Part shown: one piece after another, positions 12,237 to 22,181 of the stretch | How the letters are laid out: each line of letters starts with the position of its first letter | Numbering within the stretch: the first letter of the stretch is position 1 | Assembly: GCA_965368975.1 (NCBI GenBank) | Contig: CBDUPA010000009.1 | Location: forward strand, 64,001-128,000 | Source of the DNA: an uncultured bacterium | Lineage (GTDB): Bacteria > Acidobacteriota > Thermoanaerobaculia > Multivoradales > JAHZIX01 | DNA length: 64,000 nucleotides | Reading direction: 5' to 3' | Made by a program: the position numbers and the translations under genes | Notes under the pieces: model-generated | Databases searched by the model: none | What the model was told of the DNA's origin: nothing | Seen by the model: the letters and a program-made list of their open reading frames with translations, nothing else

Positions 12237-12734
12237 ATGGCCCCTCCATCGAGCTCCCACCCCGCCTCCGTCCCGAAACCGAGCCGCGACGTTTACGCCC
12301 TGTTGACGCTGATCAGCGCCGGCCTGATTTTGGTGCTCACCCTGCCCCCTGGCAGCGGTAACCAGAAGGGCCTGAGCCTGCAGCCCTTCGCCGAGACCGG
12401 ACGCTTCATCGGGCTGATCCTGAGGGCAGAAAACCCGCTGGACTTGCAGGTGCTGCGTCACCTGCTGTGGCACGTCGGTGGAAACCTCTTTGCCTTCCTC
12501 CCTTTCGGCTTTGGTGCTGCCGGCTGGATCCGCAGACGCCCCGGCACGGCGGCACGATGGGCGGCGGCGCGATGGGCCGTGCTGGCTGGCCTGGTGTTCA
12601 GTCTGAGCATCGAACTCGGGCAGCTGTTGATCCCCTACCGCGCCACCGACATCGACGACCTGATCTTCAACACCCTCGGCGCATTGTCGGGGGCTGCCGT
12701 CTACCTGCTGTGGACCGCACGCGAGTCGGCTTGA
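12237..12734 (+). CDS. VanZ-family membrane protein
   Basis: GNLFAFLPFG...SLSIELGQ...RATDIDDLIFNTLG; start uncertain. Confidence 0.85.
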   Translation: MAPPSSSHPASVPKPSRDVYALLTLISAGLILVLTLPPGSGNQKGLSLQPFAETGRFIGLILRAENPLDLQVLRHLLWHVGGNLFAFLPFGFGAAGWIRRRPGTAARWAAARWAVLAGLVFSLSIELGQLLIPYRATDIDDLIFNTLGALSGAAVYLLWTARESA

Positions 12735-12759
12735 TGGGTCCTCTGGCAGGCCACCTGGA

Positions 12760-13926
12760 TTGACGGGAAAGCTGACCGGCCGCGCCTTCCTGCCGGCACT
12801 CTTGCTGGCCCTGCTCAACGTGCTGGTGGCCCCTTTCATGGGCAGGGTCCGCGACTGGCTCAGTGAAAGTCTGGGCAGCGTCTTCGTCACAGGCCTGGCT
12901 GCCGTCCTCGTCCTGACACTGATCACCGCGTTGGCCATCGCTATCGCACGTATTCGCCACCATCGCGGGTGGCGCTATGCCGGTCTCGTCGTGGTGGTCG
13001 TGCTAGTGGCCGTACAGACATTCCTGCTCGGGCGCGATATCGACAACCCAGCGCTGGCCCTGAAGGTCAACATGGTCGAGAAGGTGCACCTCGTGCAATA
13101 CGGCCTGCTCGCGATCCTGCTCTATCGTCCCCTACGCACGCTCGGCAACCCGGCCATGGCCGGCTTTACGCTGCTCGGTGTAACGCTTGGCGGCATTGCC
13201 GAGGAGTGGATGCAGTGGCTGGTGCCGCTGCGCGTCGGCGAAGCGACGGACGTCGCGCTGAACGTCTATGCCGGCCTGCTCGGGCTTGTTTTTGGCCTTG
13301 CCTTGACGCCCCCGGAGTACTTCACCTGGACGGTGCCGCGGCGACAGTGTTCGTGGTTGCTGATCGGACTGGCGGCCGTGACCTTGGCCTTCGGTGGCTT
13401 CTTCCACTGTGCTCATCTCGGTTCGTGGGTCGAGGATCCCGAGATCGGGCGCTTCCGCTCATGGTATCCGCGCGAGGAACTCCTACGCCTGCGCGACGAA
13501 CGCGCCCAGCGTTGGCCGGACGCGCCGCCACAACTGAACACCATCGGCCGCGAAGACCACTACCTGAGCGCCGCCGGCTGGCACGTCAACCACCGCAACC
13601 ACAGCTTCCAGCTCGGCCACGCCTTTGTCGCCTGGCAGGAGAACCGCATCCTGGATACCTACTTCACCCCCTTCCTGGACCTGCCGCAACGCTCCGGTGA
13701 AGGTACTTACCGACTACCGGAGAGCCAGCTGGAGCAGCTGCGGCAAGCTTACGAAGAGATCGCCGAGCGGCAACCGCGACGCATGGGCCGCTATGTCAGC
13801 CCAGTGCTGGAGCAGCGCGTCGTCACGCGTCCGACGGCAGGGGAGTGGTGGGCCGGAATCGGCGGATTCATCGTAGTGCTGCTGGCAGGCGCCGCACGGC
13901 TCGGACGCGGTGCCCGGCCGCACTGA
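12760..13926 (+). CDS. Membrane protein with VanZ-like domain and C-terminal extracytoplasmic domain
   Basis: EKVHLVQYGLL...GIAEEWMQWLVPLRVGEATDVALN; several TM helices. Confidence 0.75.
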   Translation: MTGKLTGRAFLPALLLALLNVLVAPFMGRVRDWLSESLGSVFVTGLAAVLVLTLITALAIAIARIRHHRGWRYAGLVVVVVLVAVQTFLLGRDIDNPALALKVNMVEKVHLVQYGLLAILLYRPLRTLGNPAMAGFTLLGVTLGGIAEEWMQWLVPLRVGEATDVALNVYAGLLGLVFGLALTPPEYFTWTVPRRQCSWLLIGLAAVTLAFGGFFHCAHLGSWVEDPEIGRFRSWYPREELLRLRDERAQRWPDAPPQLNTIGREDHYLSAAGWHVNHRNHSFQLGHAFVAWQENRILDTYFTPFLDLPQRSGEGTYRLPESQLEQLRQAYEEIAERQPRRMGRYVSPVLEQRVVTRPTAGEWWAGIGGFIVVLLAGAARLGRGARPH

Positions 13927-14808
13927 TCACAGCTTGCTCATCGGCCCGTCCGAAGTCTGCCGGCTGACCGCCTTGACACTTGCTGGTTCGGGCAGGATCT
14001 GGCGCAGGTAGGGCTCGATGCCCCGGTTCTGGTCCCAGTCACGGGGATAGCCCAGGGACACCTCCTCGAAGCGGACGCCGTCGCGGTAGTGAGTGCCCTT
14101 CATGTGCAGGTGCCCGTAGACCACGGCGGTGACGGGATAGCGGGTGTGCCAGTCCTCCGTCTTGCGGGTACCGCACCAAATAGTGAAGCGCGGAATGCGG
14201 AACAGGCGCACCAGATCGCGGCGCAGCGGCCAGTGGTTGATCAGGATCAGCTTGTGACCACTGGCGGCAGCCTGTGCCAGACGCTGCTGGCTGTAGCGCA
14301 CGCGGTCGTCACACCACTGCGGACGGCCGGGAAAAGGGTCAGCGTGGAGCAGCACCTCGTCACTGCACAAGACACCCGAGTCCGCCGCCCAGGAGACCGC
14401 GTTCTCGATCGGGATGTCGTCGGGGGCGAAGCTGTAGTCGTAGAAGGTGAACAGCGGCACCACCAGGTGGCCTTCGGTGTCGTCGTTGCCCGGCCAGTAG
14501 GGGTATGGATCCTCGGGCGTCAAGACCCCGTAGCTGCGGCAGATCTGCACCAGGCGCCGGTACTTGGCCTCGCCGCGCAAGCCCTCGGGATCCGAGCTGA
14601 CAGTCCACAGGTCGTGATTGCCCGGCACCCACAGCACGCGCTGGAAGCGCGGCGTCAACACGGACAGCGCAAAGCGCAACTGCATCTCTGTCTCACCGAC
14701 ATCGCCGGCCAGAATCAGCCAATCCTTGGGATGGCGCGGAACGTTCTCCAGGGCCGCGCGATTGACGCGATTGGCCAGATGGAGATCGCTGATGGCGTAC
14801 AACTTCAT
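13927..14808 (-). CDS. Calcineurin-like metallophosphoesterase, PptH (Rv2795c)-like
   Basis: AISDLH, AGDV, PGNHDLW, NHWPL, WCGT..T.DWHTRY, YGHLH, DGVRFEEVSLGYPR. Confidence 0.9.
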   Translation of the reverse strand: MKLYAISDLHLANRVNRAALENVPRHPKDWLILAGDVGETEMQLRFALSVLTPRFQRVLWVPGNHDLWTVSSDPEGLRGEAKYRRLVQICRSYGVLTPEDPYPYWPGNDDTEGHLVVPLFTFYDYSFAPDDIPIENAVSWAADSGVLCSDEVLLHADPFPGRPQWCDDRVRYSQQRLAQAAASGHKLILINHWPLRRDLVRLFRIPRFTIWCGTRKTEDWHTRYPVTAVVYGHLHMKGTHYRDGVRFEEVSLGYPRDWDQNRGIEPYLRQILPEPASVKAVSRQTSDGPMSKL

Positions 14809-15839
14809 CAGTTGACGGTCTCGTCGTCATCCAGGCGACGCACCGACTGCGACGGTGTGGCGATCCCCAGCGGATCGGGAGCGAGAATCTCCGGCTCCAG
14901 CACCTTGGCTTGTTTCGTAGCTGGCTTCTTGGTAGCTGGCTTTTTGGTGGCTGGCTTCTTGGTCGCTGGCTTCTTGGTGGGTGGCTTCTTCACAGGAACC
15001 TTCTTCGAACCACCCTTCGCAGCACTCTTCTTCGCCGTGCTCTTCTTGCGCTTCGCCGTGGCTTTCTCTTGGGTCTTCTGTTGGGCCTCCTCTTGGGCCT
15101 CCAGGGCTTGCGCTTCCGCCGCGGCCTCTTCGGCCGCTTCCATCTCGGGCGTTGGCGACATCACCAGAGCGTGGCGCACGCGACCGCGCGAGAACTTGAA
15201 CTCGGTCAATGGATGCCGGATCGGCTCCAGCGTCATGTCTGGATGAAAGATCGCACCACCACCGGTAGGAATGCCAAAGCCGCGGATGTGCTCGCCGGCC
15301 TTGGGCATCAGCGACATCATGCGTGGCCATTCCGGGTCGTCGTGGACATCGATGAAGAAGGGCAAGATCTTGAGCAAGGTCGGGAGTTCAGGGCTCTTGG
15401 CGTTCTCTTCCGGCGGCCCGAAAAGACCGATCTGGACTGCACCCGCCGACACGCCCATGATCACCGCGCCCTCCTGGTGACGCTGCACGACCTTGGTGGC
15501 CAGACCATTCTCTTCCATCACCTTGTAGCCATGGTGCACGTCGCCACCAGCCAGGAGGATGATGTGGGCCCGCCCAACGTAGGCGGATTCTTCCTGCGTC
15601 GGCTCGGACGGAATCATCTTGGTGTTGGTGACGCCGATGCTCTCCATGGCGCCCCGGAACAGTTCGTAGAATTCGGGGCGATCCTGATTCGAAGCACCGA
15701 TATAGGCGGCACGCGGCTCTTCAACATCGTCGTCGAGAGCTTCGCGGATGCGGCGCAGAAACAGCTCGCCACTCTCGTCGCGCCAGAACAAGGGCTGGCT
15801 ATCGGCGAACAGGAACAACGGTTTCTGTGACTCTTCCAA
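14808..15839 (-). CDS. Peptidase S51/class I glutamine amidotransferase-like protein with Lys-rich tail
   Basis: AYIGASN, LLAGGD, nucleophile motif GVSAGA; C-terminal KKPAT repeats. Confidence 0.8.
   Translation of the reverse strand: MEESQKPLFLFADSQPLFWRDESGELFLRRIREALDDDVEEPRAAYIGASNQDRPEFYELFRGAMESIGVTNTKMIPSEPTQEESAYVGRAHIILLAGGDVHHGYKVMEENGLATKVVQRHQEGAVIMGVSAGAVQIGLFGPPEENAKSPELPTLLKILPFFIDVHDDPEWPRMMSLMPKAGEHIRGFGIPTGGGAIFHPDMTLEPIRHPLTEFKFSRGRVRHALVMSPTPEMEAAEEAAAEAQALEAQEEAQQKTQEKATAKRKKSTAKKSAAKGGSKKVPVKKPPTKKPATKKPATKKPATKKPATKQAKVLEPEILAPDPLGIATPSQSVRRLDDDETVN
14916..14990 (-). repeat. 5 x 15-bp coding tandem repeat (KKPPT/KKPAT)
   Basis: AAGAAGCCAGCNACC-like units seen directly. 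Confidence 0.9.
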
Positions 15840-15959
15840 GGGTAGGCTCCTCCGTTCAGATCCGAGAATGTCAGTTCATCTGGCCTTCAGACACCTCAAG
15901 AGGTGCGCCGAGAGGCTCGTCCTTGATATCATGAAGCCTTCGGGAGGAATTCGGAAGAC

Positions 15960-16520
15960 ATGGCAGAATCGGACAAAGCGGAACAGCTCAGAATTACCCT
16001 GCACCTGGAAGGCACGCAACTGGAGTTGCTCGAGGGGGATCTCACCACCCTCGAAGTCGACGCCATCGTCAATGCGGCCAACGAGGATCTGCAGCTCGGT
16101 AGCGGTGTCGCGGGCGCGATCCGCGATCGTGGCGGCCCTGCGATCCAGGAAGAATGCGACCGAATCGGCCACACGCCGGTCGGCACCGCGGTCATCACCG
16201 GCTCCGGCGATCTTCCGTGCAAGCAGGTCATCCATGCCGTAGGACCACGCTATGGCGAAGGCGACGAGGACCGTAAGCTGGCGTCTGCCGTTCGCTCGGC
16301 TCTGGCCGTGGCGGACCGCGACGGCCTGCGCTCCGTGGCCTTGCCGGCGATTTCGACCGGCGTCTTCGGCTTCCCGATTGATCGCTGCGCGCGCATCCTG
16401 CTGACCGAGGTGCACCGCTACCTACAGGGCGGCACCAAGCTAGAGCAGGTTGTCATCTGCCTGCGGGGCGAGGACAACTTCGGCATCTTCCGCCGCGAAC
16501 TGCGCCGCGGTTTCCGGTAA
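15960..16520 (+). CDS. Macro-domain protein (YmdB-like, ADP-ribose binding/hydrolase)
   Basis: GDLT..EVDAIVNAAN..L..GSGVAGAI, IHAVGP, PAISTGVFGFP. Confidence 0.93.
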   Translation: MAESDKAEQLRITLHLEGTQLELLEGDLTTLEVDAIVNAANEDLQLGSGVAGAIRDRGGPAIQEECDRIGHTPVGTAVITGSGDLPCKQVIHAVGPRYGEGDEDRKLASAVRSALAVADRDGLRSVALPAISTGVFGFPIDRCARILLTEVHRYLQGGTKLEQVVICLRGEDNFGIFRRELRRGFR

Positions 16521-16628
16521 CGCAGAACCAGAGGGCACCCACACTGGGGGCGACCCAAGCCAAGAGGTATCGAAGTCCGGTAGGAGCAGGTCAGGTGCCT
16601 ACCTTGGATGGGGGAGGTTCAATCCCCG

Positions 16629-17903
16629 TCATGCTCCGTACTTCTTCAGACGCCCCGCGTTCGCCAGCAGAACGCCCATCAGATAGCGCGCATCCATCGT
16701 GCCCAGGTGGCCCCGGGTGCAAGCCTCTTCGGTGAAGCACTGCGTGTCGTCGATGTAGGCGTTGGCGGCATGGAGCAGGAGCGGCACCGGATGCCAGCTG
16801 TGCGCACTCATCGGCGCCGGTGTCGAGTGGTCACCCGTGATCGCCAGCACGTCCGGCAGCAGCGACAGCAGGCGCGGAAGTTCGGCATCAACCTCTTCGA
16901 GTACCTCGACCTTGGCGGCCAGGTTGCCATCCTCGCCCGCTTGGTCGGTCTGCTTGACGTGCAGGAAGTAGAAGTCGAAGCCACCCTCTTCGCCTGCCGA
17001 GGCTGCTGGCGGCGGCGACCAGTGCTCGATGACAGTGTCGAGAATGTCGCCGATACGCTTGCCGCAGGGCACCACCTCCATACCGCACGCCGAGGCGACA
17101 CCGCGGTAGAGGGGGTAGCCAGCGAAAGCACCGGCGCGCAGCTTGTAGAGCTCGTCCCAGGGCGCCAGGTCCGGCATCGCGGAGAAGCCGCGCAGCAAGA
17201 CCTCGTTGGCCTGCTCTTCGTCGGAGATCGCCTGGCGCATCACAGCCAGCGCTTGCTCGACGTGTTCGGCGGTCTTCGTGGCTGCTGCCGGGTCCGCCGC
17301 GGCTTGTAGCGGGCGCGGTGGCAGCGCTGGCACACCCAACTTCTGCGGATCGGTGTCGGCCAGCTCGGGCGACAGACCCTTGCCATCCAGGATCAGTACA
17401 AAGCGATGCGCCTCGCCGGGCTCCACCTGCACTTCGAGGCCCTTGATCGGTGCCGCTTCCAGCGCCGTCTGCATCTTGGCGCAGATGCGCCGGCATTCTT
17501 CGGTGGGGGGTCGGCCGGCCCGGCGATCGAGCAGCTTGCCGTCGGCGTCACGCGTGGCGAAGTTGCCACGCACCGCGACCTGCCCGCGCTTCACCTGCAA
17601 ACCCAGTCCGAGCGCTTCCAGGACGCCGCGGCCGATGTCGACTTCCGGCCGCTGCGGATCGTAGCCGAACAGCGACAAGTGCCCCGGCCCGCTACCGGGC
17701 GTGACACCGGGCGCTACCGGCGTCAGACGGCCAAGCGCCGAGCGGGTGGCGAGGGCGTCGAGGTTGGGCGTGTGCGCCTTTTCGAGGGCGGTCTGAGGTT
17801 GGTCGACCGTGCGCAGGTCGCCGACACCATCGAGCACCAGCAACACGATCCGGGACGGCGCTTTCTGCGCCAGGCGGCGCAGCAACTCCAAGTGTGCGTC
17901 CAT
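16629..17903 (-). CDS. apgM: 2,3-bisphosphoglycerate-independent phosphoglycerate mutase (ApgM type)
   Basis: LVLDGVGD, TPNLD, PGSGPGHLSLFGYDP, HVKQTD.AGEDG, TGDHSTP, HSWHPVP. Confidence 0.9.
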   Translation of the reverse strand: MDAHLELLRRLAQKAPSRIVLLVLDGVGDLRTVDQPQTALEKAHTPNLDALATRSALGRLTPVAPGVTPGSGPGHLSLFGYDPQRPEVDIGRGVLEALGLGLQVKRGQVAVRGNFATRDADGKLLDRRAGRPPTEECRRICAKMQTALEAAPIKGLEVQVEPGEAHRFVLILDGKGLSPELADTDPQKLGVPALPPRPLQAAADPAAATKTAEHVEQALAVMRQAISDEEQANEVLLRGFSAMPDLAPWDELYKLRAGAFAGYPLYRGVASACGMEVVPCGKRIGDILDTVIEHWSPPPAASAGEEGGFDFYFLHVKQTDQAGEDGNLAAKVEVLEEVDAELPRLLSLLPDVLAITGDHSTPAPMSAHSWHPVPLLLHAANAYIDDTQCFTEEACTRGHLGTMDARYLMGVLLANAGRLKKYGA

Positions 17904-17994
17904 CGTCGTTCCTCCGCAAGCAGATTTCGTCGGTCCCCGGTCAGCGAGCGCGCCGCTCCGGGCCCGCGAGGCTTCCCTTCCAGGCTCCCAGGCT

Positions 17995-18420
17995 TCAGGC
18001 TACCAGATAAGCGCTGGCGCGGATCTGCAAGCGTGCCCGCGGCTCGAAGCCCGTGCCGACGAGTGCAAAGGCCGCCCGCTCGGCCAGCACGGGAAGCACG
18101 ATCCAGCCATCGAAGCTGTCGCCGCTGGCATACGGCGGCACCACCGGCTCGATCTCCGCGATCTTGATCCAGTGGTCGTCTTCAGGGTCGAAGGAGGCCC
18201 GCAGATCGACGTAGGCTCGGTCCAGGTCGATCGCCCGTTGCGAAGATGGGTGCCAGAGCGAGAAAACGAAGCGCACCTCGTCGTACTCGCTGGTCTTGAG
18301 CATTGCTTCGCCGTTCGCCGTCAGCTGATACATAAAACCACCGGCACTGTCGGTGGCGTAGATCTCCGCCGTCGGGTCGAAGAAAATCTGCCTCGGGGGC
18401 ACAGGGCGGGCGTTGGTCAT
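17995..18420 (-). CDS. Hypothetical protein
   Basis: GGAGG RBS, protein-like composition, co-oriented with neighbours. Confidence 0.7.
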   Translation of the reverse strand: MTNARPVPPRQIFFDPTAEIYATDSAGGFMYQLTANGEAMLKTSEYDEVRFVFSLWHPSSQRAIDLDRAYVDLRASFDPEDDHWIKIAEIEPVVPPYASGDSFDGWIVLPVLAERAAFALVGTGFEPRARLQIRASAYLVA

Positions 18421-18540
18421 CGATCCTCCGTGACGCGTGGCTCAAGATGGGTTCGGACTCATCGAGTGTCTCGACTCATTTGCGAAGCTTGTAGTGTATC
18501 ACCGTCGCCGCGATGACCTCCGTCGCGGGCACCGCACGCC

Positions 18541-20916
18541 TTACTCGATCAGCACTTGCTCTTCTGCCGACACGAACAGCACGTCACGCAGCAGCGGGAA
18601 ACGCTGCAGGAGTTCGGCCCCCTTGCGTTGCAGGCGTTTCTGCGTGAAGCCGAGGACCACGAGGTCCGCCGCACGCGACTGCTGCAGCACCAGCTCTTCG
18701 AAACCCTCCGGCGAGTCGGTGGGGAAGATGCGTAGGTTGCGCTCGCTGATCGGCAGGCGACCGTCCGACACCATGCCGCGCAGACGCGCCACCTGCATGT
18801 CCGCCTCCTGGCGCGGGAAGGCTGCGAATACACAGATCTGCGCGTGGTGCCAATCCGGATGCGCTAGCAGGATGTAGGCCAACAGGATCATCAGGTTGGC
18901 GTTGCGGTAGTCATGCCAGGTGAGCCAGATGTGAATGCTGGCCCTGTTACCGAAGAAGTACTCGCCATGGCGCAGCACCAGGCTGTTCATGTGCGTCACC
19001 GACGTCAAGTGGCTGCCGTCGAGGATCTCGTCGATGGCATCGGCATCGTCGTGAATCGAGAACTCGAACAGCACCGTGTTGTTCTCGACACCCGAGATGC
19101 CCGGCAGCTGCACGCTCTGCGCCAGCGCTGAACGCATCGACGGGCTGATGATCGTGTCGACGTAGACACTGCTGCGCCGGGCCTGGTTGACGCGAATCAG
19201 TTGCTCCAGAATCTCGCGGCTCTCGTTCACCGTCTGAGGGTCGAGTGGTCCCTTGATGAAGTGCAGGTACGTACCGAAGCCGTAGCGATGGCACAGCCAG
19301 GTGAAGAACTGCAGGGGCGCCGCACGCTCGAAACTATGGGAGTGAATGGCAATGGCACTGGGACGCCATTGCTCGCCGCGGTTACCCTGCCCACTGACCT
19401 GCAGCTTGACCTGAATGAAGCGGTTGGCCTGCGCCATGACGCCCTGGAAGATGACGCCCAGATCACCGCCGTCACCGCGCCCCTTGCGGATGCCGTGGTA
19501 GAGCAAAGCCATGACCGCGATCGCCAGCACGGCGAAGAGCGGGTCCATCTGGAACATCAACAGGAAGCAGAGCACCGCACCGAGCAGACTCAGGTACCAC
19601 TTGGAGCGAAAGCTGGGCCGGTAGCTCGGTCGTGCCGCGAAGTGCTCCAGCGCACTGATGGCGCACAAAGCACCATAGGTGACCATGAAGAACATCGAGA
19701 TGATGCGGGCCACGAAGTCGACGTTGCCGCCCGCGACGGTGATGATCGCCAGCACACCGGTGATCAAGGTGGCGTTGCGCGGTTCGTTGGCGGCTCCTAC
19801 CCCTCGAGCCAGCATGCCGTTCAAGCGCCGTGACGGCAAAATGCGGTCGTACGCCAGCGCCTGCAGGGTGCGCGGCGCCACGAGAATCGAGCCGATGGCC
19901 GACGACAGCGTCGCACACGCCAAGCCGATCGGGATGATTGGACCCCACAGCGCGATGCGGCTCATCACCAGCTGGTCGCCGGCCAGGATCTCGGGCGGCG
20001 CCGACAGGCTCAGCTTGAAGACGATAGCGACGTACATCAGCATGCCGAAAACGGTGGCGGACAGGATGCCGAGCGGGATCGAGCGGCGCGGATTGGCCAG
20101 ATCGCCGGACAAGCCGACGCCAGCAGTCATACCCGTGAAGGCAGGAAACACGATGGCGAAGACCAGGATGAAGGGATCGGCGTCGGGAACCCGGGCCGCC
20201 AGCTCCAGACTCGCAGCACCGCCGGCCTCACCCGCCATCTCACCGACCGGCGAACCGAGGAAGAAAAGCAACAGCGACACCCCGAGAATCGACGCCACGA
20301 CCCACAGCGCCTTGACACCAATGTCGGCACCGCGCGTCAGCATCAGGATCAGCAGCAGGAGCAGCGCCGGCATCGAGACGAACCGAGGATCGAAAGGTAT
20401 CCCCAGCAATTCCGAGATCCTGGGTGCCAGCGGCTGGAAGGCCTCGGCGAACGCGATGACGTAGAAGGCCACCGAGATGGCCTGCGACAGGTACAGCGAG
20501 ATGCCGATGGCACCACCGATGGTGGCGCCGAACGAGCGCGAGATGATGAAGTACTCACCGCCGCCTTCAACCCGCCGATTGGTCGCGATCTCGGCGATCG
20601 CCAGCGACGTCGGCACGGTGACCAGGTGGCCCAGAAGGATGATCGCCAGCGCACCTAGCAGCCCTGTGTGGCCGACCGCATAGCCGAAACGCAGGAAGAG
20701 CACCGCGCCGAGGATGGTACTGACACTGGCCAGAAACACTGGCGCCGTGCCCAGCGCGAGGCCCCGCGTCTCGCCTGCTGGTGCCCCAGGAATGGTCGGG
20801 ACGGACCCCGTATCGATGCTTGCATCGGCACCAATAGAACCCCCGAGCGACGGCTCGGTCGAGGGCGGAACTCCCGGCACGATTGGCGCCGGTGCTTGTG
20901 GCTGGCTCTCGGACAC
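18541..20916 (-). CDS. APC-superfamily transporter, SLC12 cation-chloride cotransporter-like
   Basis: STILGAVLFLRFGYAVG, GGGEYFIISRSFG, FPAFTGMTAG..LSGDL..P..SIP.G; large C-terminal cytoplasmic domain. Confidence 0.88.
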   Translation of the reverse strand: MSESQPQAPAPIVPGVPPSTEPSLGGSIGADASIDTGSVPTIPGAPAGETRGLALGTAPVFLASVSTILGAVLFLRFGYAVGHTGLLGALAIILLGHLVTVPTSLAIAEIATNRRVEGGGEYFIISRSFGATIGGAIGISLYLSQAISVAFYVIAFAEAFQPLAPRISELLGIPFDPRFVSMPALLLLLILMLTRGADIGVKALWVVASILGVSLLLFFLGSPVGEMAGEAGGAASLELAARVPDADPFILVFAIVFPAFTGMTAGVGLSGDLANPRRSIPLGILSATVFGMLMYVAIVFKLSLSAPPEILAGDQLVMSRIALWGPIIPIGLACATLSSAIGSILVAPRTLQALAYDRILPSRRLNGMLARGVGAANEPRNATLITGVLAIITVAGGNVDFVARIISMFFMVTYGALCAISALEHFAARPSYRPSFRSKWYLSLLGAVLCFLLMFQMDPLFAVLAIAVMALLYHGIRKGRGDGGDLGVIFQGVMAQANRFIQVKLQVSGQGNRGEQWRPSAIAIHSHSFERAAPLQFFTWLCHRYGFGTYLHFIKGPLDPQTVNESREILEQLIRVNQARRSSVYVDTIISPSMRSALAQSVQLPGISGVENNTVLFEFSIHDDADAIDEILDGSHLTSVTHMNSLVLRHGEYFFGNRASIHIWLTWHDYRNANLMILLAYILLAHPDWHHAQICVFAAFPRQEADMQVARLRGMVSDGRLPISERNLRIFPTDSPEGFEELVLQQSRAADLVVLGFTQKRLQRKGAELLQRFPLLRDVLFVSAEEQVLIE

Positions 20917-20956
20917 GTCGACTCCAATCCTTCCTGGGGCAGATTTCCGGGCAGGG

Positions 20957-21712
20957 CTAGGCGTTGCGCTGCAACCGATTGAGCGTGCGCCGACAGATTC
21001 CGCGCACGATGCGCACTTCGCGGCTGTTCATGCGGCTGCGCGCAGCGAGCTGACGCAGGTCGCGCAGCACACCGTCAAAGCTCTCGTCACGGGCGAAGCC
21101 AACCTGCGCTAGGGTATCGCGCGCATGATCGAGCATTCCTTCCAGCTCGGCAGCCGTCGCCGGTGGCTCCTCGTCGCCCAGGACGCGCGGGTCCGGGACA
21201 CGCTCCCCGCGCAGCAAACGATGCTGCGACAGCTCGTACGCCACGATCAGCACCGCCTGGCCGAGATTGAGCGTCGGCTGGCGAGCATCGCACGGAATAC
21301 GCACAAGCGGGTCACACAGCGCCAGTTCCTCGCGGGTCAGGCCGCTGGTTTCAGGACCAAATACCAGCGCCACCCGCGTATCGGCAGTCTCTTTCTCCAG
21401 GCAAGCTCCCAGTTCTCGTGCGGTCAGCAACTCGATGGTCGTGCGCTCGCGGCTCGACGTCGTTCCGACCACTCGTCGATAGGGCGCCAGCGCCTCCTCC
21501 AGGTTCGCGCAACGCCGCGCGGCGTCGAGAACTTGCCCGGCGTGCACAGCGAAGGCACGCGCGGTATCGCCCAAGGGTACCGCCGGCTCCACCAGCACGA
21601 GCTGGTCGAGTCCCATGTTGGCCATGGCGCGGGCCACCGCACCCACATTGCCTTGTTGCTGCGGCCGCACCAAGACGACGGCGGGACGAAGGGGATGAGT
21701 TACTTCAGTCAT
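20957..21712 (-). CDS. trmJ: TrmJ/LasT-family SPOUT RNA methyltransferase
   Basis: VLVRP..QGNVGAVARAMANMG, VFGPE.SGL, TLNLGQAV....YE. Confidence 0.85.
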   Translation of the reverse strand: MTEVTHPLRPAVVLVRPQQQGNVGAVARAMANMGLDQLVLVEPAVPLGDTARAFAVHAGQVLDAARRCANLEEALAPYRRVVGTTSSRERTTIELLTARELGACLEKETADTRVALVFGPETSGLTREELALCDPLVRIPCDARQPTLNLGQAVLIVAYELSQHRLLRGERVPDPRVLGDEEPPATAAELEGMLDHARDTLAQVGFARDESFDGVLRDLRQLAARSRMNSREVRIVRGICRRTLNRLQRNA

Positions 21713-21833
21713 TCAGTAAGCCTGGTCTGGACGGGCAGATTGTACAATGGATCCCAAGGAGGGGTTTCCGGGAGATCCGCCCTTAAACTCCCTGGCTGAC
21801 CCCACGAGCCTTCTGTTGACCGCGAGGAGCTGT

Positions 21834-22142
21834 ATGCCGAAATCCGTGATGCGTGCCCACCTGATCTTCACCGGCACCGGGCCGATCCTGGTTTTGTCGA
21901 CCTACCCCAAGCTGACCGACGAACGCCTGATCAACAAGCTGCGCTACAAGGGGATCGACAAGTTCATCGCCTACCGCGTTGACCTGGACGCCGTCGAAGC
22001 CCGCTACGGCAACGCCTACCACCACATCGCGGCAGATCTGCAGGGAACCGAGGACATCCGCGTGCTCGACTTCAACGGCCACCAGATCATGGCCAATTTC
22101 TCCCTCGACGCCCTCGGCGATCCGATCAAGTTCGGTGGCTGA
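21834..22142 (+). CDS. Small hypothetical protein
   Basis: GAGGAG RBS; LIFTGTGPI...KGIDKFIAY...RVLDFNGH resembles a widespread uncharacterised family (from recall). Confidence 0.75.
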   Translation: MPKSVMRAHLIFTGTGPILVLSTYPKLTDERLINKLRYKGIDKFIAYRVDLDAVEARYGNAYHHIAADLQGTEDIRVLDFNGHQIMANFSLDALGDPIKFGG

Positions 22143-22181
22143 GGGCCGCCGGCTCCGAGACCGCCAGCACCGGGAGGCACC

